Source: Eledone cirrhosa
Taxonomy: Eukaryota
NCBI GenBank assembly: GCA_964016885.1
Contig: OZ024740.1
Location: 90,086,001 to 90,150,000 of the forward strand
Length of the DNA: 64,000 nt
Direction: 5' to 3'
Of this stretch, positions 10,952 to 24,164 are shown one piece after another. Position numbers and translations under genes: made by a program. The notes beneath the pieces are model-generated. The model had not been told where the DNA came from, made no database searches, and saw only the letters and a program-made list of their open reading frames with translations. Each line of letters starts with the position of its first letter. Position 1 is the stretch's first letter.

Positions 10952-13900
10952 ATGACCCTCCCCAAATATAACAATATCTGTTTCGACACACGATTTCATA
11001 TAAAAAACCTCGCAAAACTAATTCATCGCCGCTATGGCATTAGCTTGTGCCAAGCTGAAAGGTTATTGAAAGACACTGTTTTCTGTTATATAAAAACTAC
11101 AATAACAACAGAACAAATCCGCTTCTTAAAACACTGTGTTTCCTCCAAAACATACACAACAAACATATCAAAACAAGTAAATAATTTATTATTGAACAAA
11201 ACACAAGCTGAACGGCTAAAACACACAATAACAGTTAATATGAAAAGAACAACATACACAAAAGTCAACGCACTCTATAGACAAAAACGCATCAACGGTA
11301 AGGAAATCCGAAATCTCATCACAGCAAACGAGAGAGATGACTTCATGAGCGTCATCCGACGCGAAACGAAATATGCTCAAAACGAATGCTGTAGGCATTT
11401 CAAGAAGAAATTAGAATGGATGAATAAGAAAAAACTACAAGATAGGAAAATCGAATATTCTCAAAATCCCCAGATAACATCGACAACATCCGTATGAGTG
11501 ATGTAAAACTACCGGAAGAATTTACCAATGACCACACAGTAAATATCTATGGGAACACTTTAATCAGTGAACAAGAACAACAAATCCTAAAGTTAACACC
11601 AAAATTTGCCATCTACAAAAATATTAACCCTATGGAATGCAAAACGGAGCTGGAAAAGTGTTTCACAAAAATACGTTGGAATGCAAAGGTAGACAACAAC
11701 AACAATAATAACGGTAGTAGTAATATAAACAATAACTCTGGGTATAGAAATAACAGCCATAACCATAACAATGGCAGGAAAGTGAGAAATAGTGATAATG
11801 GCAATAATACTAGCGATAGACAGAACAACAACAACCACAATAATAATAATAATAGAAACGTTAACCACAGACACAGCAACAGTGACCACAGTGGTAATAA
11901 CGGTAACAATACGAACAACAACAACAACAATAACCACAGTGGTAATAATGGAAATAGTACATGTAGCAACATCAACAAAAACAAGAAACATAATAATAGT
12001 AACAACCACAATGGTAGAAATAGCAGTAACAACAGCAACAATAACGGTGAAGTAAACAACAATACATCTAGCAATCATAACAATAATAATATTAATGCTA
12101 ATGATAGAAACAACAACAACCACCATGATAACAATAATAGCAACACACACAACTATGACGATAGAAATAACGACAACCCCTCAGAGAAACTATTTTTCAA
12201 CCCAGCTGACAAAACATATAAGATGGGTGATATCTATCCTACGAGGTTACCCTTTAATAAAAGAGTTTGAATACCACAGCAAATAGATGACGAGACGGAG
12301 GCACAGTTCACCATAGCTAGAAATAAGATTAGACAAGTAGTAGACAAGTACACTATGAGACAGAGCAGACCAGAGGCCCAACAACTTGGGATAAAACCTG
12401 TAGAAGGCTTGGTTAGCCTCAAGCAGCGCACAAGGGATAGTGAGGTAGTGTGTCTACCCACAGATAAGTCTGGTAGGATGTCAATAGATAGCATGCCGAA
12501 CTACATCGAGGCAATGCAACCCCACATCACCAACAAGAGCGAAGTTGCACAACTAACACACGATGGGAGAGAAAAAATCCTCAACGCTCACATGATGATG
12601 TGGACTGACATCCTAAAGCCAAGCAGACGCACTGCCAACAACTTCCAGGCGTCTAACAATGGCATACCACCCTTGTATGGGCTCCGCAAAGACCACAAGA
12701 CAGTCGACGACCCGACAACAGGACCACCAACAAGACCCGTATGCGGAGCTAATATAGCTAGCAACTACAGGATGTCCTACTTCCTCTCAATGGTTATACG
12801 CCCCATAATCAAGATGTCCCCAGGTGTATGTGAAAGTACAGAGCACCTCCTCAGCAGAATCAGTGAGTGCAACAAAAACAGGAGCCTATCCAACTGCATA
12901 ATAGGCAGCATGGATGTGGTGTCACTGTACCCATCCATTAACATTGATTTTGCTGTGAAAAGATGTGTGGAGATGATCATTGAGAGTGAGGTGGAGTTCT
13001 GCGACGTCGACACAGACGAACTGGGCCTCCTACTTAGACTTACCTACGACACTGACTACCTAGACAGCCATGACCTTAGATGTTTCTGCCCTAGTAGACC
13101 TATAAGAGGTAGACCCCCCACCATAACCTCAATGGCTAAAAAGACTCCCATAGGAAGGTGGATTGGGTGGACCAAAGCTATACGGACCCCCCCAAAACAC
13201 TGATCAGGTAAGAAAAAAAAAATAAATAAATAAAATGGTCGCACATGCAATAGGGGCTAGTATCAAAACTACCCTAAAGGGCCACATATTTAAGTTCAAT
13301 GAGAAAATCTACACCCAAAATGAGGGAGCAGCCATCGGCGTCAGCATAGCTGGTGATGTTGCCAACCTTTTCATGGTATGGTGGGAAAGGAGACTTAAAG
13401 ATCTCCTTAATGAAAGCTCCATAGACCTCATCATGTACTCTCGTTATGTAGACGATATCAATATAGTTATAAGAACACCCCCACTAGAGAGCACTAACAA
13501 GTTTGATTTAGAACGTAGCACGATGGAAAGCATCCAGCAGATAGCTAATTCTATACACCAGAGTATAACTGTAACTATAGACTTCCCTTCCAAACACCCT
13601 AACAATAGACTACCTGTATTAGACACACAACTCTGGATTAACACTATAGACGAGAGAGCCCAAATTCTCCACTCACACTATACTAAACCCATGGCCTCCA
13701 AATACCTGATACTCAAAAACTCAGCAATGTCCAGTAGTGCTAAGTTTAATATTCTGATCGCAGATTTGGTACGAGTGATGAAGAATGTGTCCAGCATGTG
13801 CGACCCAACAGAAATGGAAGGACACATCCAACACTTCATCAACCGCATGCAGTTCTCTGGCTACAACCAAAGAGACAGAGTCAGAGTATACGAAGGAGCC

Positions 13901-14599
13901 ATGGAAAAGTATAAGACCCTCATAGAACTGGACATGAAAGGAATTTGCCCACTATACAGGAGCAAATCATGGAATAGCTTAGATAGGGCTAGACATAAGA
14001 TAGGGAAGGCCACATCATGGTACGACAACCAGAGATATCAGAGTGTCATGTTTGTGGACGCCACCCCTGGAGGGAAATTAGTTAACCAGTGTAGAAAGGC
14101 CCTGAGAAAGACCCACTTAAAAATAAAGGTGGTAGAAAAGCCAAGAACCACCATAAAATCCCTGATCAGCAAAACCTACCCTTTTAAGAACACCCACTGT
14201 ACCAATAAGAAATGTATCATATGTAAGGTGAACCCCGGATAAACTGTAAAACTAGAAACGTAGTCTATAGCATAAGATGTACAGAGGGTACTTGCAGAAA
14301 CACGACAACAACATACATAGGTGAGACAGCTCGTAGCATAGGTGAAAGGATAGACCAACACTGGGGGGAACTAAAAGGACGGAAAAACGGGTCAGTACTA
14401 TACGAACATGCTAGACAACAACATGACGGTAACAGACAACATAGAAATTAGAATAATATCTAAACATAGGAATGACCCAGCAGATAGGCAAATCAGAGAG
14501 GCCAGTGAAATAGAAATTAGAAGACCAAAGCTAAACAGAAAGAATGAGTGGAACAACAACAACACCCAAACAAACAACACTGACCTAAGAGAAGTATAA
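10952..14599 (+). pseudogene. PLE polyprotein (N-terminal domain, Asn-rich insert, RT, GIY-YIG), disrupted
   Basis: ORF pieces 10952-11497, 11494-12270, 12355-13203, 13235-14242 and on to 14599 join into one reading; motifs TDKSG, LYGLRKDHK, RPV, DVVSLYPS, RYVDD; frameshifts near 11470, 13190, 14235, 14432 and an in-frame TGA at 12268. Confidence 0.93.
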
Positions 14600-14867
14600 A
14601 TAAGTAAATAAAATTAAATAAAATAAGATAAATAAATACATACACAAGCACATAAACACACACTAGTCACCCAGCAGACACAACACTATACACACTAGTC
14701 ACACATCACACATAACACAATACACACACGCAAACGCATGCGCAAAGAAGACAAAATAAAATAAGATAAACAAACAAGCAAATAAATAAATAAATATATA
14801 GACAGACTGAACAAAAAAAATGGCGTAGACATACAACACAACAGGAGGAACAATGAATATAACACCA

Positions 14868-14914
14868 CTGACGATGTTGCAGATGTGCAACGAAAGATTT
14901 ATGTAAATTATCTA
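14868..14914 (+). ncRNA. Hammerhead core-like motif in the PLE pseudo-LTR (also 10720-10766 + and 8222-8268 -)
   Basis: CTGACGA-T-GTTGCA-GATG-TGCAAC-GAAA-GAT..ATC-TA; no convincing stem I found. Confidence 0.45.
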
Positions 14915-15165
14915 AACTATATATATGTGTTCGTGTCTATATTGTATCTGTATTATTTTTGACCGCCGGTCAGTCAATGGCAACATTGAGGACCGAGTAA
15001 GTTAGATCGCAGATATATATATATAAAAGACAGCGAGAAGCGAAAACCAACCAAACAGTGAGTGTGTTCTGTTATTAATTCTGGCAATATTACGCAAATA
15101 TGACCCTCCCCAAATATAACAATATCTGTTTCGACACACGATTTCATATAAAAAACCTCGCAAAA

Positions 15166-15213
<48 letters not shown>

Positions 15214-15263
15214 AGTATGTATGTATACGTACATACATATATGTATACAGACGTACAGTAGTA

Positions 15264-15338
<75 letters not shown>

Positions 15339-15496
15339 ACATACAGGTACACATATATATATATATGTACGTATCAGTTTAGCGGACGTTTATGATAACG
15401 CCCGCTTTGTCCGTTTGTAAACAAACGAACACCCTGATTTATGCCGTACGGTGTTAAGGCAACCCCGTCACCTTTTTGTTCAACACTTACACATGA

Positions 15497-15539
15497 ACGA
15501 TGTACTAGTTTCAAGCTTCTTAGCTATCATCAGCACCGT
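15497..15539 (-). ncRNA. Minimal hammerhead ribozyme
   Basis: Reverse complement of 16404-16446. Confidence 0.85.
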
Positions 15540-15769
15540 ATACCCTTCTGCCAGTTGGTTGAACGTTCGAAAGTATATACTTTCCTTATGAAAATTAACG
15601 GCTGAGCAGCCTAATTTGGATATCGAGTGAGTTCATCGGCCAGGCGTACCGAAAATGATAAGTTGTAATAGAATGAAACGAAATTTCATTTCTCACTCTT
15701 AGTACGGCACTTAAATGTAAGTATGTATGTATACGTACATACATATATGTATACAGACGTACAGTAGCA

Positions 15770-15830
<61 letters not shown>

Positions 15831-16017
15831 ATATACATACAGGTACACATATATATATGTACGTATCAGTTCCTGTGTCAGTGTTGAACAAAAAGGAGAC
15901 GTGGTTGCCTTAACACTGTACGGCATAACTCAGGCTGTCCGTTTGTTTACAAACGGACAAAGCCGCCGTTATAATAAACATCCGCTAAACTGATACGTAC
16001 ATATATATATGTGTACC

Positions 16018-16158
<141 letters not shown>

Positions 16159-16403
16159 GTATATATGCATGCTACTGTAGGTCTGAATACATATATGTAT
16201 GTACGTATACATACATACTTACATTTAAGTAAGTGCCGTGTAAGAGTCAGAAATGAAATTTCCTTTCATTCTATTACATCTTATCGTTTTCGGTACGCCT
16301 GGCCGACTGAACTCAGTTGATATGCAAATTAGGCTGCTCAGCCGTTAATTTTCATAAGGAAAGTAAATACTTTCGAACGTTCAACCATCTGGCAGAAGGG
16401 TAT

Positions 16404-16446
16404 ACGGTGCTGATGATAGCTAAGAAGCTTGAAACTAGTACATCGT
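16404..16446 (+). ncRNA. Minimal hammerhead ribozyme with palindromic stem III
   Basis: ACGGTG-CTGATGA-TAGCTAAGAAGCTT-GAAA-CTAG-TA-CATCGT; predicted cleavage after GUA at 16440. Confidence 0.88.
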
Positions 16447-16592
16447 TCCTGTTTAAGTGTTGAACAAAAAGGTGACGTGGTTGCCTTAACACCGTATGGC
16501 CTAAATCAGGCTGTCCGTTGTTTACAAACGGACAAAGCGGGCGTTATAATAAACGTCCGCTAAACTGATACGTACATATATATATGTGTACC

Positions 16593-16678
<86 letters not shown>

Positions 16679-16912
16679 TGCTACTGTACGTCTGTATACA
16701 TATATGTATGTACGTATACATACATACTTACATTTAAGTAAGTGCCGTGTAAGAGTCAGAAATGAAATTTCCTTTCATTCTATTACATCTTATCGTTTTC
16801 GGTACGCCTGGCCGACTGAACTCAGTTGATATGCAAATTAGGCTGCTCAGCCGTTAATTTTCATAAGGAAAGTAAATACTTTCGAACGTTCAACCATCTG
16901 GCAGAAGGGTAT

Positions 16913-16955
16913 ACGGTGCTGATGATAGCTAAGAAGATTGAAACTAGTACATCGT
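16913..16955 (+). ncRNA. Minimal hammerhead ribozyme (one stem II mismatch)
   Basis: As 16404 but AGATT for AGCTT; predicted cleavage after 16949. Confidence 0.8.
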
Positions 16956-17104
16956 TCCTGTTTAAGTGTTGTACAAAAAGCTGACGTGGTTGCCTTAACA
17001 CCGTACGGCATAAATCAGGGTGTCCGTTTGCTTACAAACGGACAACGCGGGCGTTATAATAAACGTCCGCTAAATTGATACGTACATATATATATGTGTA
17101 CCTG

Positions 17105-17180
<76 letters not shown>

Positions 17181-17291
17181 TGCTACTGTACGTCTGTATA
17201 CATATATGTATGTACGTATACATACCTACTTACATTTAAATAAGTGCCGTACTAAGAGTGAGAAATGAAATTTCGTTTCATTCTATTACAA

Positions 17292-17357
<66 letters not shown>

Positions 17358-17677
17358 GTATGAGTATGTATACGTACACACTTATAGTTAGGTATCAGCT
17401 GTTCTAAGAGTGAGAAATTAAATTTCGTTTCATTCTTTTTCATTTATATATATTATGTTTTGTTCAGTAATTTATTTCAGGTTTAACAGGTTAACTCAGC
17501 AGATAAACCTAGCAGATAGGTTTATCTTGGAAAGCCTAACTTGTATGTCCAAGGTACCTCCATCAATTAATCAATACAATAGTTTTATTTTGCAATTTAC
17601 TTCAATTAATAAAATTAGTGCTCTACAATATCCCTAATATTCTAATACGGATTCACGTATGTTATTTTATAGATAAA

Positions 17678-17870
17678 CGGCGGTGGATTGGCAGTATCGG
17701 TAGCGGGACTGGCGCCATGCTTTGCAGCCAACAGTTAAGTTCCTTTATGGTCTGAGTTCAAATCCCGCCGAGGTTAACTTTGCCTTTCATCCTTACGGGG
17801 TCGATTAAATAAAGTACCAGTAATACAGTGGGATAATTGCTGACCTTGTGCCAAATGTAGAATCAATTAG
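17678..17870 (+). mobile_element. tRNA-derived SINE
   Basis: GGCGGTGGATTGGCAGTATCGG...GAGTTCAAATCCCGCC...GCCTTTCATCCTTACGGGGTCGAT. Confidence 0.85.
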
Positions 17871-18056
17871 TTTATAAATAAACGTACAACATCTGAATTG
17901 TATGCATCGCGATTCACGCGACCGACCTTTACTTAACCCGCAGATATTTTGATGCATTTGCAACTAACATTTTAATTTAAGATGGGAAAACTCTGTAACA
18001 ACAGAGTAATATTAGTGTGAAAATATTTGTAAAACGACCATTATTAATAAATTTGG

Positions 18057-18275
18057 GGATGGTGGATTGGCAGTGTCGTTAAAGGGTCGGACGCCATGCT
18101 TTCCAGCATAGAGTTACGGCTCTTTATGGTCTGAGTTCAAATCTAGCCGAGGTTTACTTTGCCTTTCATCCTTACTGGGTTGATAAAATAAAGTACCAGT
18201 CGCGCACTGGGGTCGATTTAATCGATTTTCCCCTTCCCCAAAAGTGCATGACTTGTGCCTAAATTAGAAACGTTT
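18057..18275 (+). mobile_element. tRNA-derived SINE
   Basis: Same family, A and B boxes present. Confidence 0.85.
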
Positions 18276-19039
18276 ATTAATAAATGTTGGCATCTGTTGA
18301 AATTATAATGAAATACATTACACTCACTAATTAAGTTTAATTGCGTTTTGAACTTCTTGAAATAGATTGCAAACTAACTGAGAAAGAACTTACCATTTAT
18401 GCAGAATGTCAGTATTTTGTGGGAAGAGAAAATCGATAACTTCAGTCCCGGCACGTGAGCCGTAGTTTTTTCTTCTCAGATTATATGAAATGTAAGTAGA
18501 CATCGGAGGATTTTGAAATCAGAATGAAAAAACTCATTCCGCAAGCATTTTGTCCGAAACTCTAATGATTCTTCCAACAACAAAACGCACTATACTCAGT
18601 CCGATATAAAGAGGTTTCAACACGCCAATGTATAGTGATCGTTGTCAAATGATTTATTCTTAATTGTAAATTCGTCATCATCAATTACAATTTCGTCATA
18701 ATGGATCTGAATTTACTCATTTCGTTATCGTTAATATCTCTTTCACTATATGTTTAGGGTGCAGCGATATTTAATTATTATGATCCGGCATCAATTATTT
18801 TTTGTCGCATACATACTAAGGGAGATTCTTTTATAATTTACGTACAAGTTTCATATAAGTGAGGAATGGCTTTGCACGGAACTGATCCTACTTTCAGAAC
18901 ATCGAATGCATTTGCCTCAAAGGAAATACATGTCCACATCATTAGATGCAAATTAAGTCACAGGTTTTATAACAGGATGACCGTCTCTTAAAGAGCAGTC
19001 TCAATGAACACTAGGCGTATCTCGCTCAACAAAAAACTA

Positions 19040-19250
19040 AAACTATAAAATAAACATTATTGGACAGTCATTGACTCTCCCCAGTTTCTCCACACTTTTG
19101 AACGGGGTTCGTTTCTCATCCCGCAGGGTGTCCAGAATCACCCAACACACCAGGCAAACTTTGTGGTATTGGCGGTTTAGTCACCAACGTCCCTACTATG
19201 CACAGGTTGTACTAGGTTACCTGTTAGCAGTTGCAGTGAAAAGCAACCTA
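19040..19250 (-). mobile_element. Remnant of a probable RTE-type LINE 5' region
   Basis: Reverse complement is similar to 31395-31575 (AGTACAACCTGT...GTTGG.GACTAAAC...GGACA.CCTGC.GGA...GAGTCAATG). Confidence 0.55.
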
Positions 19251-19349
19251 ACATACATATATATATAACCACTCACATAACAGGACTATTTTCCTGCTCC
19301 TTCATTCATATTGAATTGTTTCTTCCTTTTTATTTCGTAATCAGTGTTT

Positions 19350-19950
19350 TCTATATGTTTGATGCGTAGTGTGGAACAGAGTTTGTTTATATTTTCTGTC
19401 ATGCGCACAGTGTTTTGACCTGTTCAGTCTGTCATGATGGACAAGTATTTAATTTGTGTGCATCATGGTATCTTTCACTCGATTTTGACTTAAAGTATAG
19501 ATTAGAGAGAGAGTCTCTGGAGGATATATGACCATGCGAGAGAAGCTTCCGTCTTCTCATCATTTCAATGAATGGTCCTCTTTACCTGTGCATTTTGGCA
19601 AAAAAAGTGAAGCCGTATATTTTCATTATCTACTGGTGAATTCAGATATATTTGGTCAATGTTGATCCAACATACCTGAATATGTCCACCCTCATCAGAT
19701 CTTTCTTGGGTAAGCATTGTGTGGCTTGCTGTAGTTTGGTCATGTTGCTTAACCAAAACATTACACTTTTCTAAGCGTACTTCTATTGTGTAATCTCATG
19801 ATAATTCTTCTAGACTAGTGTTGAGCTTCTGGATATCAGCCTCGCAGTGTTTTTTTAACTAAATGCAGAACGTTATGATAGAAGTCAGATGTTTCTCCGT
19901 TGGCTGTCTCATTAAAAATATCCTTTCTGCTGCAATCATTTTGGGACTGA
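19350..19950 (-). pseudogene. Decayed RTE-type LINE RT C-terminal fragment
   Basis: Manual minus-strand translation gives LEELS*DYTIEVRLEKCNVLV and LMRVDIFRYVGSTLT, resembling the RTE thumb motif V..F.YLGS. Confidence 0.55.
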
Positions 19951-20007
19951 ATTCTGCCCGTTCTCCCGGCATATTTCAGCATTTTAATTAAGTTTCTTTC
20001 GAACAGG

Positions 20008-20054
<47 letters not shown>

Positions 20055-20299
20055 TTTGCACTACGGTTCTTATATATTTGATATATATTTATCCTTATCG
20101 AGCCCTCTTTGGATTTTGGTCTTCAAATTTATTGTTATTACTATTATATATATATATTAAGGAGTTAACCGAAAAAGCATACAGGCACCTACTGTTCAGC
20201 AAATACCATCACACGTCTGTCCAGCCCCCTTTAACAAGAAAAGTAAACCTTTTCCAAATTTTTTTTTTTTTCATAATACTTCATTATTTCATAGGTTTA

Positions 20300-20357
20300 C
20301 CGTCTGAGGAGCTCAGGGTGTCATAGCTGGGAGTATTCGACGAAATATGCATAACAG
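20300..20357 (+). ncRNA. Degenerate minimal hammerhead motif
   Basis: CCGT-CTGAGGA-...-GAAA-TATGCA-TA-ACAG; stems I and II imperfect. Confidence 0.45.
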
Positions 20358-20444
20358 ATTTTAATAAATCAAATGCAAATGAAGATGGCCTGATTTAATA
20401 TATATATATATAATAAATAATCGCTCTACATGGCTGAATACAAT

Positions 20445-20693
20445 AAATGTAATCTGAGTTTTTCGAATATTAACAATGACATGCGATTCGTTTGCAATTA
20501 TGCAAACAAGCCTTAATGTTATAGCCATGTCAGTATAATGAATCCTTCATTCTTGCTCATGTGTTGGCATGCGAACACAAGACCAAGAATTAGGGGTTCA
20601 TTCTACTGGTATGGCTATACAATGGAGGCTTGTTTGCATAATTGCAAACGAATCGAATGTTATTAATATCCGAAAAACTCAGACTACATGTAT

Positions 20694-20695
<2 letters not shown>
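20445..20695. repeat. Palindromic MITE-like element (third arm fragment at ~20845-20920)
   Basis: ATGTAATCTGAGTTTTTCG...TTTGCAATTATGCAAACAAGCC mirrored around ~20570. Confidence 0.7.
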
Positions 20696-20727
<32 letters not shown>

Positions 20728-20942
20728 GTAATAATAATAAATTTGAAGACTAAAATTCAAAGAGGGCTCGGTAAGGATAAATATATATCAGATATATGAG
20801 AACCGTAGAACAAATATTTTAATAAATAAATATATATATATATATAATACATGTAATCTGAGTTTTTCGAATATTAATAATAACTTTCGATTCGTTTCCA
20901 ATTACGCAAACAACCCTCAATATATATATATATATATATATA

Positions 20943-23900
20943 TAGGAAAAAGTATGACCCCGACGGCAGAGCTCAAGCCGTTTCGACGGTTATTTCTCTG
21001 ATTAATTAACATGTTTAGCCTGGTGAATGAATAGCCGAACTTGTCAAGGAGTTACTTCCTTATATAGGAAGGTTGTAGATGTCAAGAGGAATGGTTAATA
21101 TTTGTCGTAAACACAAATAAGTCTATCATGGAAATTGGTGGGAGGTAGGGGTGGCTGAACTTGCCTGTAGAAAAATAGGGGTGTGTGTGGAGCACTCAAG
21201 CGTTGAAAGTGATATGTATGCAGCAGATTCTAAGGATAGTGTATGAGTGGATTAGGCAGGTTATGGAATAGGTAAATCGAATGAGAGTAGGTGACAATAA
21301 AATATTTAAAAAAATATATATATATATAGTGAAAAATGAATAAAATAAAAATCACAATGCTATCTTACAATTACAGATTAATAAGTTGAGAATAGAAAAA
21401 AACTTGTAGAAATTGAGTAGTATCAGAACTGATACAAAATTAAATGGGTTTAACACGTCTGCTATAAGTAGTTAGTAAAACGTATTCGGGCAATTCTATC
21501 TTAAAATTACAGGGGTGGGGGAACTGATGCTACAGAGGTCGATGAGCTGCATCGGGGTAGGCGAAAGGGGAAAAGCAGGCGAGGGAGAAAATAGGGGCTA
21601 GAAGGAACTGATAGGATGAGACAGGAGGAAGAAGAAGACAAAGAGGAAAACAAAAGTAAATAGATACATCTACCTAATTAAGCTGGGGTTCCCCCTAACT
21701 TATTCGGCAGGTGGGGTGTATCAGCCCTTGTCTATCCACCGGGGTCGTTATGGGGTTTGAGGGTGAGATAAGTGAGACTTAGCCTATGGGTCAGCACCCA
21801 GGAAGTAATCTCATGGTTCAGCAATATGGAGGACAAACGAGACACAACATTCATCCAGTTTAACATAGAGAGTTACTATGCATCTATTACCTTACCGCTC
21901 CTTAAAGCCGCCTTGGACATTGCCGAAACACTCACACCCATCACTGACCAGAAAAGAAATATCATTCTCCACGCCAGCAAGACAGTCCTACTTTTCGACA
22001 ACTCCAAGTAGATAAAGAGAACTCCCGTCTCCCCCTTCGACGTCAGTATGGGCGCAACGGATTCGGCCGAGGTCACATATCTTATAGGATTATTCCTACT
22101 ATTTAAACTCACCGAAATGTTTCCTGCATTCAGCGGTGGATGGTACCGGGAAGATGGGCTCCTCACCCTCAAACGGTACAACCCCCGTATAACAGACCGG
22201 GTCCATAAACAACTAGTCAACTTCTTCCGGGACTGGAGATTTAAAATCACCCTACAAACGTCCCTAACCCGAATCAATTTCCTGGACGTTACCCTTAACC
22301 TCGAAAATGATATGTACTACCCATACAGGAAACCAAACGACAACCTGCACTACATCCACCGCCGCTCTATCCATCCTAGAAACATCACCAATAACCTGGT
22401 TAAAAACGTCCCCCTCCGCATATCTTGTGTGTCCGCTAATAAGCAGATATTCGACGAACACGCGCCTCATTACAACCAGGCCCTCAAGCGGAATGGGTTC
22501 CGGGAGGAAATATCCTTTTATCCAGCTACCCTTAGCGGAACCAGCAGGCGACACCTCCGCTAACGCAACGTAATGTGGTTCAATCCTCCCCATAATGCCG
22601 CGGTGGCAACACCTATCGGGAAAATCTTCTTTAGACACCTCGAAAACACTTCCTACTACAACAGCGCTAACCAACATAATCAACACAAACATCATCAAAC
22701 TATCCTATAGCATCACACCTAACTTCGCAAAAAACATCGTCTGCTCAAACAACAAAAAACTCAAACCCTATGGAAGAAATTACCTAGGCATCAGTGGAGA
22801 GCCGACAAGGAAGTGTAACTGCCCTGATAGATCTTCGTGCCCTCTCAACAACAAATGCCGAGAACGTAACGTTATCTACCAGTGCAACGTGAGGATGGAC
22901 ACCTCCAACAAAGCTTATATAGGATTAACCGCGTGTGACTTGAAGACCCGGCCCTACCAACACCGACATCATTTCAGAAACCCTGTCCGGCGACATGCCA
23001 CTACACTTTCGACCCACATCTGGGACCTCCAGGATAATATAACCTACAATCTCACTTGGAGCTTACTGTCCAGAGCTAACTCTTACACGGGACGATGCCG
23101 ACCGTGTAACTTATGCTCGGTGGAAACATTACAAATGCTGTTTTCGAAGGACCAACTCCTAAACAAGGTAGATGAACTGGTAACCGGATGCAGACACAGA
23201 TTGTGTAGGACTTACCTCACCCTCAAACCCCATAACAACACGGGTGGGTAGACAAGGGCTGATACCCGCCACTTGCCGAATAAGTTAGGGAAACCCCAGT
23301 TTACTTAGGTAGATGTATCTCTTTTCTTTTCTTTTCTTTTACTCTTTGACTTCTTCTTCCCACTGTCTCATCCTATCACTTCCTTCCACCCACTATGTTC
23401 TTCCTCATCTGCTTTTCCCCTTTCGCCTACCCCGATGAAGCCTATCGGGCCTATGTAGCATCTGTTCCCCCACCCGTGTAATGTTAAGATAGAATTGGCC
23501 GAATACGTTTTACTATCTACTTATAGCAGACGTGTTAAACCCCTTTAATTTTGTATCAGTTCTGGTACTTCTCAATTTCTACAAGTTTTTTCTATTCTCA
23601 ACTTATTAATCTGTAATTGTAAGATAGCATTGTAATTTTTTTTATGCATTTCTCACTATATATTTTTTTATTTTTTTCTATTATCTTCTATTGTCTCCTA
23701 CTCTCATTCGATTTACCTATTCTATAAGCTCCCTCCTCCACTTCATACACTATCCTTAGAATCTGCTGTATACTTATCACTTTCAACGCTTGAGCGCTCC
23801 ACTCACACCCCTATTGTACTACAGGAAAGTTCAGCCACCCCTACCACCCACCAAATGCCATGATAGATTTATTTGTGTTTACAACAAACTTTAACCAATC

Positions 23901-24104
23901 CTCTTGACAACTACAATATTCCTATATAAGGAAGTACCCACTTAACAAGTTCGCGTATTTATTCACCTAGGCTAAAAATTCTAATATAGTCCAGAAGTAG
24001 CCGTCGAAACGGCTTGAGCTCTGCCATCGGGGTCATACTTTTTTCCTATTTCCCACTCTACTACCCTAAATATTGAGCACTCTGTTGCGTTATGGTCCAT
24101 CTTG

Positions 24105-24105
<1 letters not shown>
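20943..24105 (+). mobile_element. 5'-truncated Penelope/Poseidon-type PLE with inverted 5' pseudo-LTR (family C)
   Basis: 20943-21774 is a diverged reverse complement of ~23210-24050; RT-EN between; (AT)n on both sides. Confidence 0.9.
21790..23251 (+). pseudogene. PLE RT + GIY-YIG, disrupted
   Basis: FNIESYY, FDVSMGATDSAEV, YREDG, NFLDVTL, WFNPP, CNC..CPL..C, NVIYQC...YIG, CNLC, LLNK. Confidence 0.9.
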
Positions 24106-24141
<36 letters not shown>

Positions 24142-24164
24142 GTATAAAAATCAATACAATATAA

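Larger units (their letters stand above)
8011..15170 (+). mobile_element. Penelope-like retroelement: inverted 3' partial copy + 5' pseudo-LTR + full ORF + 3' pseudo-LTR, inserted in (AT)n
   Basis: 8011-10225 is the reverse complement of ~12896-15125; 10243-11020 directly repeats 14393-15170; the 3' pLTR runs ~70 bp into the ORF start; (AT)n on both sides. Confidence 0.95.

Noticed and set aside
11494-11497. ATGA stop-start overlap suggesting coupled translation
   Set aside because: One extra C in the CCCC run near 11470 restores a continuous frame (NPPDNIDNIRMSD), so a homopolymer indel is simpler
11593-12150. Poly-Leu/Val/Ile ORFs (also 56587-58322 +)
   Set aside because: Antisense shadows of Asn/Ser/Thr-rich coding tracts
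14998-15058. Possible short intron in the PLE pLTR (GTAAGT...AAACAG)
   Set aside because: No pyrimidine tract; needs transcript evidence
17678-17770. tRNA gene
   Set aside because: A and B boxes belong to SINE heads; no cloverleaf
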